In this document: positions 39,052 to 49,173 of the stretch, one piece after another
Layout of the letters: the number at the start of each line of letters is the position of its first letter
Position numbering within the stretch: the stretch's first letter is position 1
Assembly (NCBI GenBank): GCA_963422525.1
Contig: OY730226.1
Coordinates: forward strand, 515,844 to 579,843
From: Dehalococcoidia bacterium
GTDB taxonomy: Bacteria; Chloroflexota; Dehalococcoidia; Lucifugimonadales; JADFKI01
Reading direction: 5' to 3'
Length of the DNA: 64,000 bases
Notes under the pieces: model-generated
The model's input: the letters and a program-made list of their open reading frames with translations, nothing else
Told to the model about the DNA's origin: nothing
Database searches by the model: none
Position numbers and translations under genes: made by a program

Positions 39052-40653
39052 ATGACACTTGTTGATCGTCCGAACAGACAGGCATTGATTGACGCGCTGG
39101 ACATATACCGTGATGAGATGCGGTCTTTTATCGTCAGAAACCTGAAGCGCGTGCCCGGTAGAAAGGTTGAAGATTGTATAAAATTCGCTCTTCATGACAC
39201 GCAGTACAACCAGTTTGTGGAGAGCAGATCTGAAGATCGGAGCGTTGAAGCGTCTATAGACATCAATGCCTTTCCCCAGATTGTTAAAACCTATTGGCGC
39301 GATGCGTTTGGCGACAGATTTAAGACAGGCGGCAATGTTCAGGCTGCTATGTATTCGATTATTGAGGTGCGTAATAATGTGTCGCATCCCGGAACCGATG
39401 ATGTTGGACTAAACTATGCCGTGGATTTCTTAAAGCGTATAGCCACATTGCTAACAGAGATTAACCAATCTGACCAAGCTGATGTTGTGAATGCTATTAG
39501 AGTTGGGCTGCTTCCATTCAAGACGCATGCCCACAAGTTCCGGCAAGGCGGGCGCGATGTGTACGCCTTTTCTTTGGATTTAGAAACTCTAGACAAACTT
39601 CTGCCTGACCGAGTGGATGACAAAATGGTCATAGACGCCAACCGGCCTCTAACAGCAAGTCATGCCAAAGACATTCAGATGTATCTGGAAGATCGCTCCG
39701 ACTGGCTGTTAGGTGCGCTGCTACTGGGTGTGCCATCGAGCAATGTGGATTTCCAAACATATACGCCCGACTCTAACGCTGAAAACTGTGTGGGATCGCT
39801 CATCATCGATGCTGATGGAGCCGCTGCTATGAAAATGTTCGACGGGCAGCACCGACGCCGAGCCATTAAGGATGTTATTAATGGCCTTGCGCGCAATACA
39901 AGTAATTCTAATAAGTTGGCGTCTCTGAAAGAAAATTCCATACCCATTATGTTGTATGTGGAGGATGACATTGACGCTTTGCGGCAAATGTTCGCGGATG
40001 CGGCTCAAACTAGGTCTATAGAAGGGAACACAGTAACCCGATTTGACCAGCGAGACGCTTTCAACCTAGCGGCGCTGTGGATTGCGGACTACAGCGACCT
40101 GTTTGTCGGACGCGTAGAGATGGAGCGAACCTCTGTCGCCAGAAGCAGCCACAACATAATTGCTATAAACCAACTGGCGCAGACATTGAAAACTCTGGAG
40201 GTTGGATACTCAGGGCGCATAAGCAAAGACCGAAACGAAGTCTATATGCAGGATTTGGATTCCTTGTACGAGCGATGCTTGACATGGGCGGACGACTTTA
40301 TGCCGTCTGCCAGAGATGAGTATAACGATCTGATGGCTGGCGAAATTGACAACTCCGACATCCCTGGGGAGCGTGTCAAGACGATGGCATACAACGCCAT
40401 CGTAATTCGGATTTTTGCAGCCTGCTACTATAAGTGGACTAACGGCGGCTACAAATTGCCCGCCTTATCTGACTGGTCTCGCTTGGCTGACTTTCTGCGA
40501 AACGCCTCACTGCGCCCCGGAATCAAGACAGGCTCTCTGTTGATAGACGCAGGCGTCGTTCCCCCAGGCGGCACATCCCCAATTGCACAACGACAAACCG
40601 TAGTTCAAGCGATTGATTACATCATAGAGCAGGCGCGAGAAATTTTGGCATAA
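39052..40653 (+). CDS. Swt1-like HEPN domain fused to a DndB/DGQHR domain
   Basis: N-terminal helical domain with R-x4-H (RNNVSH); FRQGGR, ANRPL...H, FDGQHRR, RQMFAD motifs. Confidence 0.8.
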   Translation: MTLVDRPNRQALIDALDIYRDEMRSFIVRNLKRVPGRKVEDCIKFALHDTQYNQFVESRSEDRSVEASIDINAFPQIVKTYWRDAFGDRFKTGGNVQAAMYSIIEVRNNVSHPGTDDVGLNYAVDFLKRIATLLTEINQSDQADVVNAIRVGLLPFKTHAHKFRQGGRDVYAFSLDLETLDKLLPDRVDDKMVIDANRPLTASHAKDIQMYLEDRSDWLLGALLLGVPSSNVDFQTYTPDSNAENCVGSLIIDADGAAAMKMFDGQHRRRAIKDVINGLARNTSNSNKLASLKENSIPIMLYVEDDIDALRQMFADAAQTRSIEGNTVTRFDQRDAFNLAALWIADYSDLFVGRVEMERTSVARSSHNIIAINQLAQTLKTLEVGYSGRISKDRNEVYMQDLDSLYERCLTWADDFMPSARDEYNDLMAGEIDNSDIPGERVKTMAYNAIVIRIFAACYYKWTNGGYKLPALSDWSRLADFLRNASLRPGIKTGSLLIDAGVVPPGGTSPIAQRQTVVQAIDYIIEQAREILA

Positions 40654-40695
40654 ACAAATGTCTATACCATGGATAAAGCGTTCTGGAGGTTTGAA

Positions 40696-41859
40696 ATGTC
40701 GCCGGTAATATCTACTTCTACTAATCAGTACAGCCTGAGTGCGCCAGCGCATCGCTTCCGACAAGGTGGGCGCGATGCCTATTACTTTACACTTACATTG
40801 GAGACGCTTGATGGTCTTTTGCCTCAGAGGGTAGAGGACGACGTGGTGCGAGAGGCTAACCGCCGGCTTACGCCCAGCCATGCAAAAAACATTCAGAAAT
40901 ACTTGGATGAAAAAGATGATTGGTTGTTGGGAGCGATGATGCTAGGGATTGCTCATGATGCGGTGGATTTCGAACCTTATCCTATTGAAGATGGTGAAGC
41001 CGACAGTCTGAACTTTGGTGAATTGCGGATACGCACCAACCGCATCAACACTATGCGGATATTCGATGGGCAGCACCGGCGTCGAGCTGTACAAGAGGTT
41101 CTTGCAGCCTTGGCGTATGACGAGTGCCGCTCTGACAAACTAGCGGTGCTACAAAAATCCTCTATGACTATAATTCTCTATGCAGAAGATAACATCAAAA
41201 CTCTGCGCCAGATGTTCGTGGACGCGTCCAAGACCAAGCGAATTGAGGGTAGTACAGTTGCGCGATTTGATAGACGCGACGCATTTAATTTGACAGCGGT
41301 TCGGCTTGCCAACGATAGTCGCATGCTTAAAGGGCGAGTTGAGATGGAGCGTTCGTCAGTGTCCGCATCCAGCCAGAATCTTTTGGCAATCAATCAGCTG
41401 GCTTCAATTTTGAAGACGCTGGAAGTCGGAAATAATAGACGAGTCAGCCGTGAACTTAACGATACCCATATGCAGAAGCTAGACGACTTATATGAGCGCT
41501 GTCGCATCTGGTGCGACGAGTTTATTCCTGCCGTCAGAGAGGAGTACAACGAATTACTCAATGGCGATATAAAGAATTCGGAAATACCGCAGCTGCGCGG
41601 CAAAACTTTTGCTTATAACGTCACATTCATTCGAGTGCTTGCCGGCTGTTATCGTATGTGGCTAATGGAATATAGACCTTGGGAAGCTCTTGCCGATTTC
41701 ATTCATAAAGCATCAATAAACCGCGGCAGCAGTTACGGTTTGCTAGTAGATGCCGGGCTGGTTACCCTGGATGGCAAAAATCTCTTGTCGCGTCGGCAGG
41801 AAGTGGCAAAGTCGATTGAGTATATTGTCAGCGCATCAAAAGCAACTGTTGTCGATTAG
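40696..41859 (+). CDS. DndB/DGQHR-domain protein, paralog of the upstream C-terminal domain
   Basis: FRQGGR, ANRRL..SHAK, FDGQHRR, RQMFVD; GGAGG RBS. Confidence 0.85.
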   Translation: MSPVISTSTNQYSLSAPAHRFRQGGRDAYYFTLTLETLDGLLPQRVEDDVVREANRRLTPSHAKNIQKYLDEKDDWLLGAMMLGIAHDAVDFEPYPIEDGEADSLNFGELRIRTNRINTMRIFDGQHRRRAVQEVLAALAYDECRSDKLAVLQKSSMTIILYAEDNIKTLRQMFVDASKTKRIEGSTVARFDRRDAFNLTAVRLANDSRMLKGRVEMERSSVSASSQNLLAINQLASILKTLEVGNNRRVSRELNDTHMQKLDDLYERCRIWCDEFIPAVREEYNELLNGDIKNSEIPQLRGKTFAYNVTFIRVLAGCYRMWLMEYRPWEALADFIHKASINRGSSYGLLVDAGLVTLDGKNLLSRRQEVAKSIEYIVSASKATVVD

Positions 41860-41920
41860 CATGATCGTATGAGCGCAGGCATTAGCCTATCTGCAGTATT
41901 GCTTTGTATCTGCCTCCCGC

Positions 41921-43549
41921 TCACCCGAACCGCGCCAGCAGCTCCGCCACGCCGCCGTTGATGACGCGCATGAACGGCCATGGGAATAGCCCCACCAGCA
42001 GTATGAACGCAGTCAGCGTTGCTGCGGCGAATATCTCGACGCGCGTGGCGTCCATCGTCGCTGACGGTTCGGGATGAGTGGCGGCGTGTTGAGCGACGGC
42101 GATAGGCGCGCCGGCGCGATCAGACTGCGGCGTCTCGCCATCTATCGCCGTCTCCTGGCTGTTGACCGCCTCATCGGTCGGCGCGCCGGCAGGGCCGAAG
42201 AATACTTTTGCCAGCAGGCGCAGGATATACACGGCGGTTATCGCCGCTCCGATGACGCCCAGCGCCCCCAGCAGCGGGTATGTCTGGAATAGTCCTAGGA
42301 ATACCAGCAGCTCGGCGACGAAGCCGCTTAGGCCAGGCAACCCCAGCGAGGTTAGCCCTGCGATGGTGAAGAACACGGCGGTTGTGCCCATCCGCTTGGC
42401 GAGGCCTTCTAGCGCCATGATGTCGCGGGTGTGCGTGCGATCATACACGACGCCCACGACCGCGAAGAACAGCGCCGTCATTACGCCGTGTGAGAACATC
42501 TGCAAGACAGCGCCGCCCAATCCCAGTGGGTGCAGCGTGGCGATGCCCATCACCACATACCCCATATGGCTCACGCTGGAGTATCCCACGACATACTTTA
42601 GGTCGGTCTGCCCCATAGCGGAGATTGCGCCGTATATGACATTCACCGCGCCGAGCAGGATGAGCGCAGGCATCCAGAATTCGGCCCCTTCCGGCAGTAT
42701 GAACATCCCGATGCGGATGATGCCGAACGCCCCTAGTTTCATCAGCACGCCTGCGTGCGCCATGCTGACGGCGGTGGGCGCCGCCACATGGCCGTCCGGC
42801 GACCAGGTGTGAAACGGCCACAGCCCAGCCAATATGCCGAAGCCGACTGCTAGGAATGGGAAGAAGACCTTCTGGAAGGTGGGCGAATACTCTGCTTCGG
42901 CGAGCAGCCGCATGTCGAATGCGCCCAGCCCAGCCTCCACGAAGATCGCCATCAGCGCAACCCATATGAGGACACTGCCCGCCACGAGGTACAGCGTCAA
43001 CTTCATTGCGCTGTACTCCTTCGTGCGGCTGAATTTCGGGAATCTGCTGCTGCTGCCCCAGACGCCGATGAGCAGGTACATCGGCAGGACCGAAAGCTCG
43101 TAGAAGAAGAAGAAGAAGAAGAGGTCGTAGGAAGCGAACACGCCGAATACGCCCGCCAGCAGCAGGAAGTAGAGGATGAAGAAGTCCTTGTTCCACGCCT
43201 TGATAGACCACGAAACGAGAACTCCCGTGAACATGACGATGCCCGTGAGCAAAATCATGGGCGCTGCGATGCCGTCCACGCCGAGCGTCAGCGATATGCC
43301 GATGTCGCCGAACTGCCACGGGCCTGGAATGCTCAGCCAGCGCCATGAGGCGGCGAAACGCTCGCCGTCGCCATCGAAGTAGTAGCGCGCGAACACATAG
43401 AACGACAGCAGCGTCACAACCAGCGCAAACACCGTCGCCGTCCGGCGAATCGCTGCATCATAGGCGCTCGGCGTCGCCATGATGATCGCGGCGCCGACTA
43501 TCGGCAGCGCAATGATTGCGAGGAGAATGTGCTGGTCAAAGAATTGCAT
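41921..43549 (-). CDS. nuoM: NADH-quinone oxidoreductase subunit M
   Basis: LGVDGI, FFFYEL, PFHTWSPDGHVAAP, YSSVSHMG motifs. Confidence 0.93.
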   Translation of the reverse strand: MQFFDQHILLAIIALPIVGAAIIMATPSAYDAAIRRTATVFALVVTLLSFYVFARYYFDGDGERFAASWRWLSIPGPWQFGDIGISLTLGVDGIAAPMILLTGIVMFTGVLVSWSIKAWNKDFFILYFLLLAGVFGVFASYDLFFFFFFYELSVLPMYLLIGVWGSSSRFPKFSRTKEYSAMKLTLYLVAGSVLIWVALMAIFVEAGLGAFDMRLLAEAEYSPTFQKVFFPFLAVGFGILAGLWPFHTWSPDGHVAAPTAVSMAHAGVLMKLGAFGIIRIGMFILPEGAEFWMPALILLGAVNVIYGAISAMGQTDLKYVVGYSSVSHMGYVVMGIATLHPLGLGGAVLQMFSHGVMTALFFAVVGVVYDRTHTRDIMALEGLAKRMGTTAVFFTIAGLTSLGLPGLSGFVAELLVFLGLFQTYPLLGALGVIGAAITAVYILRLLAKVFFGPAGAPTDEAVNSQETAIDGETPQSDRAGAPIAVAQHAATHPEPSATMDATRVEIFAAATLTAFILLVGLFPWPFMRVINGGVAELLARFG

Positions 43550-43558
43550 GCGGCTATT

Positions 43559-45448
43559 TTACAGCATAACCCACCACACTAGCGCCAGCGCTACGAGTCC
43601 TACCGCCATCGCCATGCCGTAGTTGTGCAGTCGCCCCGTCTGCATCAGCCGCAGTCGGAATGCGGCGATCCGAACCGAGAGCGCCATGCCGTCAACGCCA
43701 AGGTCGTTCACTACCGCGCGGTCGAACAGCGCGACAAAGCGGCTGAACGCGAGCGCGACGCGGTCTATCAGCCACTGGTACAAGTCGTCCATGTAGTACT
43801 TGTTGAGCAGGATGCGGTGGATGGGCGCGAATCGCCTTGCTATGCGCTCATGCGGCGTATCGTCTGTGTCGAAGGCGGTCGTCTCCCCTGTGCCCGTCGG
43901 TTTCCTGTTATACAGGTACCAGCCCGCCGCTATGCCGCCGGCTGCGAGTGCGAGCGATACGACACTCAGCCAGGGGATGATGTGGAAGCCGCCGTATCCG
44001 GTCAGCCAGTTGGCAAAGCCATGGTAGCTGCCCCAGCCGATTGCGAGCGCGCCTAGCGTCACCGACAAGAACGCTAGCAGCAGCAAGGGAGCGGTCATCA
44101 GCGTCGGCGACTCGTGCGAGCGCTTGGCGTCGGGATGCGCCGTGCCGAAGAATGTGCGATACACGATGCGCGCCATGTACAAGGCGCTGAGCGCCACGCC
44201 CACAAGCGTGAACGCGAGGAACGCCGGGCTGCGATGCTCCATCACCGCTATCAGCACTTCGTCCTTGCTGAAGAAGCCGCTCAGTGGAGCGATGCCCGCA
44301 AGCGACAGCGCGCCTACCACGAATGTCAGCGCTGTCAGCGGCATAGCGCGCCGCAAGCCGCCCATCCGCCGCATGTCGGTCTCTTCATCCAAGCCGTGCA
44401 TCACGCTGCCCGCGCCTAGGAATAGCAGCGCCTTGGATACGCCGTGCGCAACGAGATGGAAGATGGCGGCGGCGAGTCCGAACGCTCCCAGCGACAGCAT
44501 CATCAACCCGAGGTGGCTTATCGTCGAGTACGCCAGCGCGCGCTTGATGTCGGTCATCACGAGCGCGAGGGCGCCTGCGTATATGAATGTGAACAGCCCG
44601 ATGACTGCGACGACGAGCATCACGACGGGCGCAAGCTCGAACAGCGGCAGCATACGCGCTACCAGATAGACGCCCGCAGCGACCATCGTCGCGGCGTGTA
44701 TCAGTGCGCTGACCGGCGTCGGTCCCTCCATCGCGTCGGGCAGCCACACATGGAAGGGGAACTGCGCCGATTTGCCCATAGCGCCCATGAACATCAGCAG
44801 CGCCGACGCCGTAAGCGTACCCTGCCCGATGTCGCCCGCCTGCGCTGCCGCGATGATGTCTCCGATGTCGAATGTGCCGGTAGCGCGGAACAGCAGGATG
44901 ATGCCTATCAGCAAGCCCACATCGCCGATGCGCGTCGTGATGAACGCTTTCTTCGCCGCTTCAGTCGCCGAGCGCCGCTCCCACCAGTGCCCTATCAGCA
45001 GGTACGACCCGAGCCCGACAAGCTCCCAAGCGATGTACAGAAATAACAGGTTGTCGGCGAGAACCAGCGCCAGCATCGCTGCGCCGAACAGCGAATGCAC
45101 GGCGAAGTACCAGCCGAAGCGAGCGTCGCCGCGCATGTATTCCAGCGAATACACCTGCACCAGCAGCGCCACGAAGGTAACCAGCCCCAGCATCACTACC
45201 GCGAGGCGGTCAACGAATACGCCCCAAGCGATGGCGGTATCGCCCACGCGCAGCCATTCTACGCTGTATGCGCCATATGCCGCGCCGCTCCCCATCAGGT
45301 CCGCGAGAACGAAACAGAACAGCGCGAACCCGCCTGCCATCGCCGCGATGGACACATACGCCCCGCGCGCAGGCAGCCAACGTCCGCCGAACGCGACTAT
45401 GACGAATGCGGCGGCGCTAAGCGCTGGTATGAGGTATGCGAGGTGCAA
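43559..45448 (-). CDS. nuoL: NADH-quinone oxidoreductase subunit L
   Basis: WELVGLGSYLLIG, GKSAQFPFHVWLPDAMEGPTPVSALIHAATMV motifs. Confidence 0.95.
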   Translation of the reverse strand: MHLAYLIPALSAAAFVIVAFGGRWLPARGAYVSIAAMAGGFALFCFVLADLMGSGAAYGAYSVEWLRVGDTAIAWGVFVDRLAVVMLGLVTFVALLVQVYSLEYMRGDARFGWYFAVHSLFGAAMLALVLADNLLFLYIAWELVGLGSYLLIGHWWERRSATEAAKKAFITTRIGDVGLLIGIILLFRATGTFDIGDIIAAAQAGDIGQGTLTASALLMFMGAMGKSAQFPFHVWLPDAMEGPTPVSALIHAATMVAAGVYLVARMLPLFELAPVVMLVVAVIGLFTFIYAGALALVMTDIKRALAYSTISHLGLMMLSLGAFGLAAAIFHLVAHGVSKALLFLGAGSVMHGLDEETDMRRMGGLRRAMPLTALTFVVGALSLAGIAPLSGFFSKDEVLIAVMEHRSPAFLAFTLVGVALSALYMARIVYRTFFGTAHPDAKRSHESPTLMTAPLLLLAFLSVTLGALAIGWGSYHGFANWLTGYGGFHIIPWLSVVSLALAAGGIAAGWYLYNRKPTGTGETTAFDTDDTPHERIARRFAPIHRILLNKYYMDDLYQWLIDRVALAFSRFVALFDRAVVNDLGVDGMALSVRIAAFRLRLMQTGRLHNYGMAMAVGLVALALVWWVML

Positions 45449-45475
45449 TCGGTTGCCTATCTAGCCGCGGCAAGG

Positions 45476-45880
45476 CTATTGGTATTGGCTCAATTCTTTC
45501 ATCATACGCGGAAGAGCCTTTTCTACGCGCCAATGGTCGTAATCCCAGCATTCGTAGCAATCCTCTAATGCTCCACACTCAAGGGTCATGAGATTGAACA
45601 TAACCATCTTGGCGTCTATATCCGGCTCATCCCAATCCTTGAACATTTCGGAACGGTTTTCGTCGAAAAAGCGCTCGCATATATTCTTTGGGTACGCTTC
45701 GTTCAACTCAGCGCGAGTTACATAGCGTCCCCCTACGGAAACAGTGTTCTGATCGTCCTCTGCATGGATGTGTCCGTTCAATATGATGTCCACACCGTCT
45801 ATTTTGGCTTCGTAAAGCATATGTATCCTCACCGATAACGGAGTCTTACGGTATGAATTGTCAATTAACCTAGTCGCCAT
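45476..45880 (-). CDS. Hypothetical protein inserted between nuoK and nuoL
   Basis: 134-aa lower-GC ORF starting right after the nuoK stop. Confidence 0.65.
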   Translation of the reverse strand: MATRLIDNSYRKTPLSVRIHMLYEAKIDGVDIILNGHIHAEDDQNTVSVGGRYVTRAELNEAYPKNICERFFDENRSEMFKDWDEPDIDAKMVMFNLMTLECGALEDCYECWDYDHWRVEKALPRMMKELSQYQ

Positions 45881-45881
45881 C

Positions 45882-46199
45882 CTACCACTTCATTAGGCTT
45901 ATCTCGTCCACATTGACGGTGGAGCGGTTGCGGTACAGCCGTAGGATGATGGCGATGGCGAGCGCGAGTTCGGCGGCGGCTATGGTGATGACGAATATGA
46001 TGAGTACCTGCCCCAAGGCGCGCTGCCCCTCTGTGAAGTCGCCGAAGGCGGCGAAGCCGATAAGGTTCACATTGACGGCGTTGAGCATCAGCTCGATGGA
46101 CATCAGGATGAGCACGGCGCTGCGGCGGGCGAGCACGCCGTATATGCCGATGGCGAACAGCGCCGCGCTCACAACCTGAAAGTGCGCAAGTTCTATCAA
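45882..46199 (-). CDS. nuoK: NADH-quinone oxidoreductase subunit K
   Basis: LMSIELMLNAVNVN, IAAAELAL; TTG start after GGGAGG. Confidence 0.92.
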   Translation of the reverse strand: MIELAHFQVVSAALFAIGIYGVLARRSAVLILMSIELMLNAVNVNLIGFAAFGDFTEGQRALGQVLIIFVITIAAAELALAIAIILRLYRNRSTVNVDEISLMKW

Positions 46200-46271
46200 G
46201 TCAGCGCCTCCCGCACGAAGCGCAACAACCACTCACCCGGTGGTCGCAATGTCGCTGCTCATACGAAGAAG

Positions 46272-46772
46272 TCAATCTCTGCTCCCTCCGCCGCGAACCA
46301 GGACGACGGCGCCGATGAGCGCCACCAGCAGCACCAGCGAGGCGACCTCAAAGGCGACTGCCCACTCGGTGAAGAGGTTCCTGCCGAGCGCGGTGAAGCT
46401 CAACCCTTGCCGATCCGATGCGGCGGCGGTTGTGCCTACGACGGTGGCGGCGATGAGACCGAAGACGGCTATGGCGACTAGCGCCGCTACTGGCCACTGT
46501 GGATGGTCGGACAGGTTCTCGAAGTCCTCGATGCGGGTGAGCATCAGCGCGAATAAGATGACGATTACAACGGCGCCGCCGTAGATGAGGATCTGCGCGA
46601 GCGCTAGAAACTCGGCGAAGGCGAGCAAAAACAGCCCGGCGACGCCTATCATGGAAGCGAGCAATCCGAATGCCGCATAGACGATATTGCGGCTCATGAC
46701 GACGACGAGAGCGCCTCCAAGAGCGAGCGCCCCGACGACATAGAATAGCGCCAGTGAGGGGGTTATCGGCAT
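46272..46772 (-). CDS. nuoJ: NADH-quinone oxidoreductase subunit J
   Basis: AEFLALAQILIYGGAVVIVILFALML, FEVASLVLLVALIGA motifs. Confidence 0.92.
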   Translation of the reverse strand: MPITPSLALFYVVGALALGGALVVVMSRNIVYAAFGLLASMIGVAGLFLLAFAEFLALAQILIYGGAVVIVILFALMLTRIEDFENLSDHPQWPVAALVAIAVFGLIAATVVGTTAAASDRQGLSFTALGRNLFTEWAVAFEVASLVLLVALIGAVVLVRGGGSRD

Positions 46773-46793
46773 CGGTTATTAGCGGTCAGCGTT

Positions 46794-47441
46794 TCAGTCG
46801 GTCGTCTGGGAATGGGTGGCTTGCGTTTCTCTATCGATAGAAGCGTCCCGCTCCTTGGCCCTTGCGCGAACCGCCGCTCTGCGATGCTCTAGGGCAGCGG
46901 CGGATACCGGCGCAAGCTCGATTGAAGCGGCTTTCTTCGCCGGCTTGGGCTTGGGGACGCCGCTGTTTTTTTCGGGCTGGCGAGGCGTCCATGCGGTTGA
47001 CGCTTGATATTCTTTACCCATGTCGAGCAGGGCGGGCAAATCAACGCGGTTGCCGTCGCGCTCGTACTTGCTCAGCTCGTGCTCGTGGCTCATCTCGATA
47101 GCGTCGAAGTTGCACACATCGACGCAGATGCCGCACAAGATGCAACGCCCTAGGTTAATCTCGAACTCGTCTATAATCTTGCGGCGTTTGCTGTCGCCGG
47201 CGGCATGCAGCGGATTGTCCTTCATCTGCGCGCTCATACACTGCGTTGGGCAGTTGCGTATGCACACCATGCAGCCGGTGCAGTACGGCTCGCTCACATC
47301 GTTGTCCCAGGTCAGCGCAGGGAATCCCATGTAGCGCCGCTGAACCTCTAGGCGCTTATCAGCCTCCGGGTACTCGGCGGTAACCGGCTTGCGCCCGGCG
47401 GTCTTGAGTGTGACTTTTAGTCCTTCGAGAAAGCCTATCAT
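46794..47441 (-). CDS. nuoI: NADH-quinone oxidoreductase subunit I
   Basis: Two CxxCxxCxxxC ferredoxin motifs, FEINLGRCILCG. Confidence 0.92.
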   Translation of the reverse strand: MIGFLEGLKVTLKTAGRKPVTAEYPEADKRLEVQRRYMGFPALTWDNDVSEPYCTGCMVCIRNCPTQCMSAQMKDNPLHAAGDSKRRKIIDEFEINLGRCILCGICVDVCNFDAIEMSHEHELSKYERDGNRVDLPALLDMGKEYQASTAWTPRQPEKNSGVPKPKPAKKAASIELAPVSAAALEHRRAAVRARAKERDASIDRETQATHSQTTD

Positions 47442-47528
47442 GTCAGTTCACAATCATATTGAGTTCACAAGCGAATTGGTTGTAAGTGATCAGGTATCGG
47501 GATTAGGGTTGTGGACTGGTATGTATGT

Positions 47529-47972
47529 TCAACCCACGAAAAAAACCGCTCTGACGGCTATTGCCGCAAGGCTGATTACGGCTGCGGTCATCAAGCCCAG
47601 CACCCAGTAGTAAAGTCTCTCCTGCTTGGCTTCAAGCCTATCCTGTCGCGCCTCCATATTCGTAAGGCGTTCGTCCATGCGCGCAAGCAAAGCGATAATC
47701 TCTCCTTGCCCTTCTATGATTGCGGTCATCCTCTCTTGCATGCTGTCTTGCTTAGCGTCAAGCCGGTCTTGCTGGGCTTCCAAACGAGCTTGCCCTGCTT
47801 CCAAACGAGCTTGTCCCGCTTCTAGGACATCCATCCTCGCTTCCAATCGCACTTGGCCTGCCTCGACGCTGATAAGCCTGGCGGTGTTTTCTTGACCTTC
47901 GATTTCGAGGCGCGACTGCCCCACTTCAAGGGTGTCAAGCCTTTGTTCGATAGTTAGTTGTTCAGTTGTCAT
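47529..47972 (-). CDS. Heptad-repeat coiled-coil protein with C-terminal membrane anchor
   Basis: (Q.RLEA)n repeats then YWVLGLMTAAVISLAAIAV. Confidence 0.7.
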   Translation of the reverse strand: MTTEQLTIEQRLDTLEVGQSRLEIEGQENTARLISVEAGQVRLEARMDVLEAGQARLEAGQARLEAQQDRLDAKQDSMQERMTAIIEGQGEIIALLARMDERLTNMEARQDRLEAKQERLYYWVLGLMTAAVISLAAIAVRAVFFVG

Positions 47973-48011
47973 GATTGCCGCTCTCCGGTTTCAAGCGTTC
48001 TTTCTTTTGAT

Positions 48012-49133
48012 TCAGCGCCGCAGACTTGCCGCGCTGCGCACCGTAACCGTGTTGCGCTCCATGCGTGTGCCGGCATTCCTGACTATTATGTAAAATGTTA
48101 TGGCTAATGTTATCACAGAGAGCAAACTCAGTGTCCACAGCGGCAGCCCATAGAACAGCACGACGGCGACCAGCACGATGTTCAGGAACGACAGAGGCAC
48201 AAGCAGCTTCCAGCCGAACGCCATAAGCTGGTCTATGCGAAGGCGTGGATAAGTGCCGCGTATCCAGAATATGACGAGGATGACGGCGTAGGTCTTGAGC
48301 AGGAACCACATCGCTGAAAGCGCCGAGTGCGGCAAGCCGTCGAAAGGCATCGTGGGCCAGCCCCATCCGCCTAGGAACAGCAAAGCCGTTAGCGCCGCTA
48401 TCGTGAAGGTGTTGATGTACTCTGCGAGGAAGAAGACAGCCCAGTGCGCGCCGCTGTATTCGACGAACGGGCCGCCGACAACTTCTGATTCGGCGTGGTG
48501 GATGTCGAAGGGTGTGCGCCCAAGCTCGGCTAGCCCCGCTGTTAGGAACAGGAACAGGCTTAGAGGCAGGACGAGCGCATAAGCGACGGTCGATTGCGCC
48601 GCCACTATGTCGCGCAGGTTCAGTGTCTGCGCCAGCATCGCCACGGCGAGTATCGCCATGATGAAGGGTATCTCGTAGCTGATGAGCTGGCCTGCGGCGC
48701 GAAGCCCGCCCAGCATCGCATACTTGTTCGCCGAACTCCATCCCGCCATCACAAGCCCCATCACCGACAGCACCGATACGGCGACGATGTAAAACAGCCC
48801 CAGCTCGAGGTTGGCGAGCGCCACATCGCGCGCCACGGGTATAGCGACCCACAGCAGGAATGCCGGTATGAAGACGGCAAGCGGCGCAAGCCAATACACG
48901 CGCCTGTCAGCCCACGACGGCAGGATGTCCTCTTTGGAGACGAGTTTGAGCGCGTCGGCGAGTGGCTGCAATGCGCCGTGAAATCCGACGCGCATCGGCC
49001 CCATGCGCATCTGTATGCGCGCCAGCGCCTTGCGCTCGAGCCAAGTCAGCAGCAGCACCATCACCGACAAGAACGCGAGCATCGCCGCCGCGCCGAGCGC
49101 AACTCTTATTCCCAGCTCCAAATCCATATGCAC
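48012..49133 (-). CDS. nuoH: NADH-quinone oxidoreductase subunit H
   Basis: ERKALARIQMRMGP, QPLADALKL, RTPFD..AESE..G..VEYSG motifs. Confidence 0.95.
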   Translation of the reverse strand: MHMDLELGIRVALGAAAMLAFLSVMVLLLTWLERKALARIQMRMGPMRVGFHGALQPLADALKLVSKEDILPSWADRRVYWLAPLAVFIPAFLLWVAIPVARDVALANLELGLFYIVAVSVLSVMGLVMAGWSSANKYAMLGGLRAAGQLISYEIPFIMAILAVAMLAQTLNLRDIVAAQSTVAYALVLPLSLFLFLTAGLAELGRTPFDIHHAESEVVGGPFVEYSGAHWAVFFLAEYINTFTIAALTALLFLGGWGWPTMPFDGLPHSALSAMWFLLKTYAVILVIFWIRGTYPRLRIDQLMAFGWKLLVPLSFLNIVLVAVVLFYGLPLWTLSLLSVITLAITFYIIVRNAGTRMERNTVTVRSAASLRR

Positions 49134-49173
49134 GCCTCGGGGTAGGGATGTTCTGTTTTATGGATGTATTGCA

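Noticed and set aside
41441-41456. 16-nt identity between the DGQHR gene and the NYN pseudogene
   Set aside because: Both encode RVSREL in frame; too short to indicate targeting, treated as coincidence
39052-41859. DNA phosphorothioation (dnd) cluster
   Set aside because: Only DndB-like domains are present; no dndA, C, D, E or restriction partners in the window
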